Shown here: positions 7,105 to 14,243 of the stretch, piece after piece
Layout: each line of letters opens with the position of its first letter
Position numbering within the stretch: position 1 is the stretch's first letter
Source of the DNA: Thermoproteaceae archaeon
Lineage (GTDB): Archaea; Thermoproteota; Thermoprotei; Thermoproteales; Thermoproteaceae
Direction: 5' to 3'
Length of the DNA stretch: 14,243 bases
NCBI GenBank assembly: GCA_020833025.1
Contig: JAJHRB010000042.1
Span: 1-14,243 of the forward strand
The notes under the pieces: generated by a model
What the model saw: only the letters and a program-made list of their open reading frames with translations
What the model was told of the DNA's origin: nothing
The model's database searches: none
Program-made: the position numbers and the translations under genes

Positions 7105-8025
7105 ATGCGCGCCCTAGTGATCGACAGCGTCGACCCGCTTCTCAAGGAGAGGCTCGAGAAAATGGGCGTGACAGTAGACATGAGGCCCGGGATACCGAGG
7201 GAGGAGCTGCTGAGAATTGTAGGTAATTACGATATATTGGTCTTCCGGGGGAGGCTGAAAATAGACCGCGAGGTAATAGACGCCGGCAGTAGCCTGAGAG
7301 TACTGGCGAGATACGGTGTCGGTCTCGACAATGTCGACGTGGAGTATGCCGTCAAGCGGGGAGTGGCCGTCGTGAGCGCGCCAAATGCGCCCGCGCAGAG
7401 CGTGGCGGAGCTAGCTATAGGCCTCATGGTGGCGGTTGCGCGCAGAATACCGCTGCTCAGCGAGAGAGTGAAGAGGGGGGAGTGGCCCAAGGGGAGGTAC
7501 ATCGGCGTGGAGCTGAGCGGGAGGACTCTGGGCGTGATCGGATTCGGCAGGATAGGCAGGCGCGTTGCCCAAATTGCGAGGGGCATCGGCATGAGGATAC
7601 TGGCGCACGACATAATAGACGTAAGCACTGACGTCAAGAAGCTGGGAGGCGAGCAGGTACCCCTCGAGACCGTTTTGAGGGAGAGCGACGTCATATCGCT
7701 GCACGTCCCGCTGACGCCAGACACCTACAAGCTGCTCAACGCCGAGAGACTCGCGCTGGTGAGGGACAATGCAATAATAGTCAACACCAGCAGGGGGGAG
7801 GTCATGGACTACGAGGCCCTCCTCAAACACATAGATAGGCTGTGGGGCGTGGGGCTCGACGTGCTGCCAGAGGAGCCCCCGAGAAGCCAGTACCTCAGAC
7901 AGTTGCTGGCGCACGAGAAGGTCGTGGTGACGCCCCACGTGGGCTCGGAGACTTACGAGGCAATGCGCAGGCTGGCCGAAGAGCTCGCCATGAACATCGA
8001 GGAGGTTGTGGCTAGGCTGGTGTAG
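7105..8025 (+). CDS. serA: D-3-phosphoglycerate dehydrogenase (short type, no ACT domain) / D-2-hydroxyacid dehydrogenase
   Basis: LARYGVGLDNVD, NAPAQSVAE, GVIGFGRIG followed by an acidic AHD (NAD-type), SLHVPLT, VNTSRG, LDV..EEP and TPHVG. The family is certain; the substrate is inferred from the neighbouring aminotransferase. Confidence 0.85.
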   Translation: MRALVIDSVDPLLKERLEKMGVTVDMRPGIPREELLRIVGNYDILVFRGRLKIDREVIDAGSSLRVLARYGVGLDNVDVEYAVKRGVAVVSAPNAPAQSVAELAIGLMVAVARRIPLLSERVKRGEWPKGRYIGVELSGRTLGVIGFGRIGRRVAQIARGIGMRILAHDIIDVSTDVKKLGGEQVPLETVLRESDVISLHVPLTPDTYKLLNAERLALVRDNAIIVNTSRGEVMDYEALLKHIDRLWGVGLDVLPEEPPRSQYLRQLLAHEKVVVTPHVGSETYEAMRRLAEELAMNIEEVVARLV

Positions 8026-8034
8026 CCGTTGGCA

Positions 8035-9048
8035 ATGAAACTGCTGACCCCCGGCCCCGTGCAGCTGCCCAAATTCGTCACGGAGGCGATGGCAAGGCAG
8101 CAGGTGTTCCACCGGACGGACGAGTTCAGGGCGCTTTTCAAATCCGTGGTGGAGAAGCTAGAGTCGCTGTATCCTGCCAGCGCCGTAATACTGCCCGGCA
8201 CTGGCACGCTCGCGGTTGACACCATGGTGTACAATTACGTAAGCCCGGGCGAAAAGGTCCTGTCGCTAACTTACGGCGAGTTCGGAAAAAGGGCAGTTGA
8301 AAGCATGCTGGCAAGGGGGGCCGTTGTAGTCGAGGTGGAGCGCGACGTGCCGCCAGCGCCTGACGAGGTCGATGATACACTACGAAGAGATCGAGAAATT
8401 CGCGCAGTGATGCTAGTTCACAATGAAACTAGTGTCGCAATGGCCTACAGACAGATCAAGAAGCTCATTGATGTAGTCAAGTCGCACGGCGCTCTCTTGC
8501 TCGTCGACAGCGTGTCTGGATTTCCCGCAGAGCCGCTCCCCCCCGAGATCGACGTGGTCGCTACAGCATCGCACAAGGCGCTGCTGGCGCCGCCGGGCGC
8601 CTCGATACTCTACCTCTCCAGAGAGCCGAGGGCCACGTCGGGAGTTCCCCTCTCGATGAACTTAATGAAATTCATTAAAATGAAGGAGCGGTCCGAGACG
8701 CCGTACACGCCGCCCCTGCCAGTGCTGCTCGCGCTGGAGGCGTCGCTCTCGTACATACTGGAGCTGGGCGCGGGGTACGCGGACGCGCACCGGGAGAGAG
8801 CTGAGTACCTGTACTCTGCAGTGAAGCTAAGGCCGGTGCCGCCACCCAGCCACCGGAGCTTTACAGTCACGGCATTTCACTGCGAGAGGCCGAGGGACGT
8901 CATTGCCAGACTTAGGGAGGCGGGGTATGTTATCGCAGGCGGCATGTACAAATACAGGGATAGGTCAGTGAGAGTGGGGGTCATGGGCGACATCACCATC
9001 GACGACCTAAAGAGGGTTGCCGAGATAATTAACAGTGTGGCTCGGTAG
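8035..9048 (+). CDS. Class V PLP aminotransferase (serine-pyruvate / archaeal phosphoserine aminotransferase type)
   Basis: LLTPGPV, HRTDEF, GTGTLA, GEFG.R, VHNETS, VDSVSG, TASHKALLAPPG (PLP lysine), TPYTP and RVGVMG. TTG 8029 is an alternative start. Confidence 0.92.
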   Translation: MKLLTPGPVQLPKFVTEAMARQQVFHRTDEFRALFKSVVEKLESLYPASAVILPGTGTLAVDTMVYNYVSPGEKVLSLTYGEFGKRAVESMLARGAVVVEVERDVPPAPDEVDDTLRRDREIRAVMLVHNETSVAMAYRQIKKLIDVVKSHGALLLVDSVSGFPAEPLPPEIDVVATASHKALLAPPGASILYLSREPRATSGVPLSMNLMKFIKMKERSETPYTPPLPVLLALEASLSYILELGAGYADAHRERAEYLYSAVKLRPVPPPSHRSFTVTAFHCERPRDVIARLREAGYVIAGGMYKYRDRSVRVGVMGDITIDDLKRVAEIINSVAR

Positions 9049-9835
9049 TGTTAATTGCAAGCTCTGCATGATAACGTCAAGAGTGGGCGACCTCGCCAGA
9101 CTCCAGAGGCCCGACAAGTTCCCCGAGATTCTCGCCGAGCTCTCCAAGCTGGTTGGCTGCAGTAGCAGGAGCGAGGCCTTCTCTAAAAGTTTCGAGGCCG
9201 TGAGGAGGCTGGTGGGCGTTAGAGATCCCTACTCGGCCTACAAGGAGAGGCTGGCAGCAATAGGCAGGAGAGTCGCCGGGAGCATAAGGCGCAGACTAGA
9301 GCAGCTCTCGTGGGATTTGAGGACTGCGCTCCGTGTAGCCGCAGCCGCCAACATCGTGGACACGAGCGTCCTCGGCTACCGCCCCAAGAAGCTCGAGGAC
9401 GCCATATGGGACCTCCCGGCAATAGAGGAGCGCGTGGAGCTGCCACCCCGGGTGTATTACGTCCTCGACAACATGGGGGAGGCTCAGATAGACCTCGTTG
9501 TCATGGAGGCGCTCGAGAGGAGCGGAATCAAGCCCGTAATTGTGGTGCGCTCGGAGCCCTACGAGATCGACGCCACGCGGGACGACCTGGGGACCTACAG
9601 CGTTATTGAAACGCCAGGAAACTCGCCGCCGGTTATGTGGCTCGAGGACGGCTTCATACTCGCCAAGGGTATTGCCAATTTCGAGGCCTACGTGGAGAGC
9701 GGCAGGGCGCCGGCACTCTTGCTGCTGAGAGCTAAGTGTGACGTCATCTCGGCGCTCTTCTCAGTCCCGAAGAACGCGCCGCTTGTAATGAGCGGCAGCA
9801 CCGCAAAGGCGTTTGCCCGGCTCGCGGCGTTTTAG
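9035..9835 (+). CDS. DUF89/ARMT1-like metal-dependent phosphatase (PH1575-like)
   Basis: N-terminal CxxC (CKLC), DPY..YK, AANIVD, LDNMGE, RSEPYEID, AKGIANFE and LRAKC. It overlaps the aminotransferase 3' end by 14 nt. Confidence 0.85.
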   Translation: MWLGSVNCKLCMITSRVGDLARLQRPDKFPEILAELSKLVGCSSRSEAFSKSFEAVRRLVGVRDPYSAYKERLAAIGRRVAGSIRRRLEQLSWDLRTALRVAAAANIVDTSVLGYRPKKLEDAIWDLPAIEERVELPPRVYYVLDNMGEAQIDLVVMEALERSGIKPVIVVRSEPYEIDATRDDLGTYSVIETPGNSPPVMWLEDGFILAKGIANFEAYVESGRAPALLLLRAKCDVISALFSVPKNAPLVMSGSTAKAFARLAAF

Positions 9836-9860
9836 CTCGGCATCCGGGAGTCGGGGCACT

Positions 9861-10280
9861 CTAGCCCATTACAGCAATCTTAGCGGGAATTCCGTTCTTG
9901 AACTGGACCACTATCTTGAGCGTCTCAAGACCTCCCTCCTTGATGACCGTTTCTACCACGTCCTTCACTTTCTTCATGACGGCGAGAAGGTCTGCCATGT
10001 GTCTGTAAGACTCCTCAAGCATTTCGTACATAATCAGCGGGTTGGGGTCAATGTATAGCCGCAGCCCTGTTATTTCCAGCGACGGCCCTCTCTCACCGGC
10101 GCCTCCGCCGAACTTTTTAAGCAGCTCTTGCAGCTTCTTGTAGCGCTCGGTCAGCGGCTTGAGATTTTTCAACTCGTCGTCGATTGCGTTTACGAGACTC
10201 TCCAGTTTGCTTATACTGTCGGCAAGGTCTGAAATGAAGTCGCTCGCGCTTGCATACACCTTAGCGGTGTATATTTCCAT
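9861..10280 (-). CDS. Hypothetical coiled-coil protein (139 aa)
   Basis: Heptad-rich helices (ISKLESLVNAIDDELKNLKPLTERYKKLQELLKK), with ATAAAATT 26 nt upstream of the ATG. Confidence 0.85.
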   Translation of the reverse strand: MEIYTAKVYASASDFISDLADSISKLESLVNAIDDELKNLKPLTERYKKLQELLKKFGGGAGERGPSLEITGLRLYIDPNPLIMYEMLEESYRHMADLLAVMKKVKDVVETVIKEGGLETLKIVVQFKNGIPAKIAVMG

Positions 10281-10449
10281 GAGGGGGCGGAGGAAGGCAA
10301 TTTTATCTGCTTCATGCAGCAGCTAGCCCTAATACTCCACTCCCGCGGGAGTGCCCTCAGGGGAGCGCGGGCGCGCGGGGCGCTCAAGGAGCGGCAGAGC
10401 CAAACAGTGAGTGAGAGCAATTCGCGCGGTTCTGTGCGCGGCTGCAATG

Positions 10450-10457
10450 TTTATATA
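10450..10457 (+). promoter_or_regulatory. TATA box of ilvB
   Basis: Consensus TTTATATA, 28 nt upstream of the ATG at 10478. Confidence 0.75.
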
Positions 10458-10477
10458 GCCGGCCGCGCCTCAGCACT

Positions 10478-12234
10478 ATGCCGGGAGTATCTTCGGGGCT
10501 CCAAAGCGTGTCGCAGACGCGCTAGCGGAGGCAATAGAGTCGTACGGGATTAAGTACATCTTCGGGATACCGGGCGGCTCGATACTGACATTCTACGACG
10601 CGCTTCACGGGCGCGATATAGAGGTACTGCTGTTCCGCCACGAGCAAGGCGCAATACACGCCGCGGAGGGCTACGCAAGGGTTGCCCGCAAGCCGGCCGT
10701 TGTTGCCGTGACCAGCGGGCCCGGCGCCACAAACATAGTGACGGGAATCGCCAGCGCGTACATGGACTCAACGCCAGTGGTGGCAATCACGGGCCAGGTT
10801 GCCACTGGCGTGTTCGGCAAGGACGGGTTCCAGGAGACCGACATAGTCGGCGTGGTGACGCCGATCACGAAATTTACATATCAGGTGAGAAAGGCAAGCG
10901 AGGCCGTTCCAGCGTTCAGAGTTGCGTACGAGATATCCATGGCGGGGAGGCCGGGGCCGACGCTAATTGACCTCCCCAGGGACGTGCAGGCAGCGCCGGT
11001 GCCTGATCGCGAGGACGAGATCCCGGTGAATATCGCAAAGTACGCGCCGCCGCGGCCTGACGAGAGCAAGTTACTGGCGGCAGCGCGGTACTTAGTCGAG
11101 GCGCGGAGGCCTGTAATTCTCGTCGGGGGAGGCGTCGTGTGGTCCGGGGCCACGCTAGAGGTATTAGAGCTCTCGAGACTGCTGCTAGCCCCCGTAGTCT
11201 CAACGCTCCCCGGCAAGGCGGCGGTGCCGCACGACTACCCCCTGTACATGGGGCCGGCGGGCATGCACGGCAGAGCCGAGGCAGACGCCGCGCTGGCAAA
11301 CGCCGACGTCATACTCGCCGTGGGCACGCGCTTCAGCGACAGAACGTGGGGCAGCCTCGACGTGCTCGCGGAGCGCGTGCGCAGCGGGCGCGTCAAGCTG
11401 ATTCACATAGACATAGACAGGAGCGAGCTGGGCAAGAACGTCAAGCCTACAGTTGAAGTAGCGGGAGACGCCAGGGAGGCGCTGCAGAGGCTAGTAAAGC
11501 TCGTTCACGGCGCGCCGATGAGGGACCAGAAATACCTCTCCTGGCTTCTCGAGATACGCAGGAAGTACGAGGAGGCAATGAGCGAGCTCACAGCATCCAC
11601 CAAGGCGTTTCACCCGTGGAGGGCGCTGAAGGCCATCCGAAGGGCCGCGCCCAGGGACACAATAGCGGTCACGGGCGTCGGCGCCCACCAGATGTGGGCC
11701 GAGATAGCGTGGGACGTTTACGAGCCCGGGACGTTCATAACATCGGCAGGCCTGGGCCCAATGGGGTTCTGCATTCCTGCCGCGCTGGGGGCAAAGTTAG
11801 CCGCGAGGGACAGGCCGGTGATATGCCTGGACGGCGACGGCTCCTTCCAGATGACAATGCACAGTCTCGCGCTGGTCCGGGACTACAATCTGCCAATAGT
11901 TGTAGTGATATTTGACAACAGAGCGCTGCAGCTGGTAAAGCAGTGGCAGCTCTACATTTACAACAAGAGGATCATAGCAACTCAGCTTAGCAGCAGGCCG
12001 GACTTTCTAAAAATAGCCGAGGCGTACGACATAGATGGCGTGAGGCCTGAGAGCTACGAGGAGCTCGAGCGCGTCGTGATGAGGGCTCTGAGGAGGGACG
12101 AGCCGCTGATAGTCGACCTGACAGTTGACAGCGAGAGCGATATAGTGCTGCCGTGGGTCAAGCCGGGCGAGTGGCTCACATCCGCAATGCTCCCGCCAGG
12201 GGCGGACGTGAAACTGGTCTATGACAGTGATTAG
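10478..12234 (+). CDS. ilvB: Acetolactate synthase large subunit, with a one-base frame discontinuity just after the start codon
   Basis: The frame of the listed 10708 ORF is open back to 10459 and encodes ..PKRVADALAEAIESYGIKYIFGIPGGSIL..RHEQGAIHAAEGYAR..TSGPGATN. Downstream are FQETD, RPGPTLIDLPRDV, GVGAHQMW, GLGPMGF and the ThDP motif GDGSF..N. There is no in-frame ATG/GTG/TTG before 10708. Confidence 0.93.
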
Positions 12235-12454
12235 CATTGTCATACCAAGATCGCTGGACTCTCTGGGGCGCGTTATTGCTGTAATGCGCAGAGCTAAGGT
12301 GGACGTCGTACAAGTTCGGGTACTCGCCGAGGGCCGCACCTACAGAGTTTGCATTGAGCTAAACGGCACGCACGACAACGTGAGCTGGCTTGTTGCAAAA
12401 CTTGACAAGCTGCCCGAGGTGTTGAAAATAGATGCAGGGGACAGAGAGGTGTGA
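12221..12454 (+). CDS. Acetolactate synthase small subunit (single ACT domain, IlvN/IlvM-sized, 77 aa)
   Basis: ACT-like beta-alpha-beta-beta-alpha-beta pattern ending in KLDKLPEVLKI; overlaps the ilvB 3' end by 14 nt. Confidence 0.82.
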   Translation: MTVISIVIPRSLDSLGRVIAVMRRAKVDVVQVRVLAEGRTYRVCIELNGTHDNVSWLVAKLDKLPEVLKIDAGDREV

Positions 12455-12728
12455 TTGCCGCTTGACTGCACGCCTTTCAATCCTTCTTGGGATTCAGCTC
12501 ACGGCTCTCGCCCGGGCCCGCCCGCGCCGTCTGGTTTTGCACCCGGACGCTGGAGTCCGGCACTGCGCCACCGGTTCCGCGCGGATCCCCGGGATCTGAG
12601 GTGGAGCTCTCGGCGTAACGCCATCAAGTGCTCCGGCCACGTCATGGTGGAGCTGGGGGAGCCGGGAAAAGGGAGGGGGCTGGCGCCGGAGTGCCAGCAG
12701 CACGAGCAGCGGCCAGCGCGAACCACGC

Positions 12729-12735
12729 ATAAATA
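12729..12735 (+). promoter_or_regulatory. TATA box of ilvC
   Basis: ATAAATA, 26 nt upstream of the GTG at 12755. Confidence 0.65.
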
Positions 12736-12754
12736 GCCGGCTGCAGCAGGGCCT

Positions 12755-13741
12755 GTGGCGAGAATATACACTGACAGAGACGCGTCGCTTGAGCCTCTCA
12801 CGCGTAAGACAATAGCCGTCATAGGGTACGGCAACCAGGGCCGCGCGCAGGCGCTTAACCTGCGAGACAGCGGCCTCGGGGTCGTGGTGGGGCTGAGGCG
12901 CGGCGGCAAGTCGTGGGAGCTCGCGAAGTCCGAGGGCTTTGAGGTTTACGAGGTCGGCGAGGCTGTCGCGCGCGCGGATGTCATCATGGTGCTGGTGCCG
13001 GACATGGAGCAGCCCCGAGTGTGGAGAGAGCAGATAGCGCCAAACTTAAAGGAGGGTGCCGTCGTCGACTTCGCGCACGGCTTCTGCGTTCACTACGGCC
13101 TCATAAAGCCGCCCGATAACGTCGACGTTGTAATGGTCGCGCCCAAGGCGCCGGGAAGGGCCGTCAGGGAGGAGTTCCTCGCCGGGAGGGGGGTCCCGGC
13201 GCTTATCGCCGTGCATCAGGACTACAGCGGGCGCGCGCTCCAGTACGCCCTGGCGATAGCAAAGGGCATAGGCGCCACGCGTGCGGGAGTCATAGAGACG
13301 ACATTCGCCGAGGAGACCGAGACTGACCTCATAGGCGAGCAGATAGTGCTCGTCGGGGGGCTCATGGAGCTCATCAAGAGGGGCTTTGAGGTCCTCGTTG
13401 AGATGGGCTATCAGCCGGAGGTTGCCTACTTTGAGGTGCTAAACGAGGCCAAGCTGATAATGGACCTCATCTGGCGCCACGGCATTTATGGAATGCTGCT
13501 CGGCGTGTCGGACACGGCCAAGTACGGGGGGCTCACCGTGGGGCCGCGAGTAATTGACGACGAGGTCAAGCAGAAGATGAGGGCAGCGGCCCTGAGGGTC
13601 AAGAGCGGCGAGTTTGCCAGAGAGTGGGTCGACGAGCACTCAAAAGGCGCGCCGAACTTAAGGAAATTACTGGAGTCCGCGAGATCGCACCCACTGGAGC
13701 AGGTGGGCGAGAGAGTGCGCAAGCTCATATTCGGGGCCTAG
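12755..13741 (+). CDS. ilvC: Ketol-acid reductoisomerase (short, class I)
   Basis: [65 protein letters not shown] and SDTAKYG. Confidence 0.98.
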   Translation: MARIYTDRDASLEPLTRKTIAVIGYGNQGRAQALNLRDSGLGVVVGLRRGGKSWELAKSEGFEVYEVGEAVARADVIMVLVPDMEQPRVWREQIAPNLKEGAVVDFAHGFCVHYGLIKPPDNVDVVMVAPKAPGRAVREEFLAGRGVPALIAVHQDYSGRALQYALAIAKGIGATRAGVIETTFAEETETDLIGEQIVLVGGLMELIKRGFEVLVEMGYQPEVAYFEVLNEAKLIMDLIWRHGIYGMLLGVSDTAKYGGLTVGPRVIDDEVKQKMRAAALRVKSGEFAREWVDEHSKGAPNLRKLLESARSHPLEQVGERVRKLIFGA

Positions 13742-13755
13742 GGGCCGGCGCTGTG

Positions 13756-13762
13756 TTTTTAT
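13756..13762 (+). promoter_or_regulatory. TATA-like box of ribH (the T5 run may also terminate ilvC)
   Basis: TTTTTAT lies 15 nt after the ilvC stop and 26 nt before the ribH GTG. Confidence 0.55.
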
Positions 13763-13781
13763 CCCGCGCGCCCTCGGGGCC

Positions 13782-14234
13782 GTGGTCAAGCTCGCAGTAG
13801 TCGTTGCCGAGTTCAATTACGACATTACGCACATGATGCTGCAGAAGGCCCTGGAGCACGCCAAGTTTCTCGGCGCGGAGGTGACCTACGTCGTGAAGGT
13901 CCCGGGCGTATTCGACGTGCCGATGGTGCTGAGAGACCTCGCAAGGAAGGAGGACGTTGACGCCATAGTGACGCTGGGCGCAGTCATACAGGGAGCGACA
14001 AAGCACGACGAGATTGTCGCGACACACGCCGCGAGGAAGATCCTGGATATAGCCATTGAGTCGGACAAGCCGATAGCCCTGGGCGTGATAGGCCCCGGCG
14101 CCAGTAGGATCCAGGCATTGGAGCGCGTTGAGGAGTACGCAAGACGCGCCGTTGAGGCTGCCGTGAAGCTTGCCAAGAGGAAGAGGCTGCTCAGAGAGGC
14201 CAAGTATACCGGCGCCACGCTGTTCGTGGAGTAG
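13782..14234 (+). CDS. ribH: 6,7-dimethyl-8-ribityllumazine synthase
   Basis: [49 protein letters not shown] and AVEAA. Confidence 0.97.
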   Translation: MVKLAVVVAEFNYDITHMMLQKALEHAKFLGAEVTYVVKVPGVFDVPMVLRDLARKEDVDAIVTLGAVIQGATKHDEIVATHAARKILDIAIESDKPIALGVIGPGASRIQALERVEEYARRAVEAAVKLAKRKRLLREAKYTGATLFVE

Positions 14235-14243
14235 CGGCGCTGG

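Noticed and set aside
7023-7181. 53-aa N-terminal extension of the listed 364-aa regulator ORF
   Set aside because: It runs through the divergent promoter and overlaps serA antisense; the TATA position supports ATG 7022.
10314-10553. 79-aa ORF as an ilv attenuator or leader gene
   Set aside because: It spans the ilvB TATA box, has no upstream promoter, and lacks a convincing branched-chain codon run or attenuator stem.
10708-12234. The 508-aa ORF as the complete ilvB
   Set aside because: It would lack the conserved FGIPGG and catalytic RHEQ motifs, which are present in frame upstream.
12600-12654. Two GGTGGAGCT copies 37 nt apart as a CRISPR relic
   Set aside because: Only 9 bp and two copies, with no cas genes or leader.
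12455-12730. RNase P RNA, SRP RNA, 5S rRNA or intron-containing tRNA
   Set aside because: No GAGGAA..UCC / ACAnAA..GCUUA pair, no helix-8 GGAA..AGCA motif and no T-arm; only an isolated GGGTGCAA resemblance on the minus strand.
12455-12909. ORFs 12455..12736 (+), 12494..12730 (-) and 12499..12909 (-)
   Set aside because: Low-complexity Pro/Arg/Gly translations with no motifs. A 48-aa minus-strand ORF from ATG 12645 lacks a promoter and remains only weakly possible.

Overview
GC-rich archaeal chromosomal segment. Gene style and the TATA boxes 26-30 nt upstream of starts (leaderless mRNAs) suggest a Thermoproteales crenarchaeon, Pyrobaculum/Thermoproteus-like (inference). Content in order: end of an aro operon (partial aroE, aroC); a beta-CASP ribonuclease with a downstream 104-aa Cys-rich gene; an unlisted 53-aa ORF; rpl24 and rps4e; a hypothetical gene; a PfkB kinase; a wHTH+CBS regulator divergent from a serA / class V aminotransferase / DUF89 phosphatase operon; a coiled-coil hypothetical gene; ilvB, an ACT subunit, ilvC and ribH. 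I found no mobile element, CRISPR array, tRNA or rRNA. Strongest anomalies: (1) a perfect spacerless 46-bp palindrome between rpl24 and rps4e carrying two mirrored TATA-like boxes, preceded by a G-quadruplex motif; (2) ilvB, whose promoter-positioned ATG is one base out of frame with the conserved catalytic N-terminus; (3) a DUF89 phosphatase sitting where SerB would be expected; (4) an unexplained structured ~270-nt gap before ilvC. Most of the window is housekeeping DNA, and the novel-function proposals are hypotheses.
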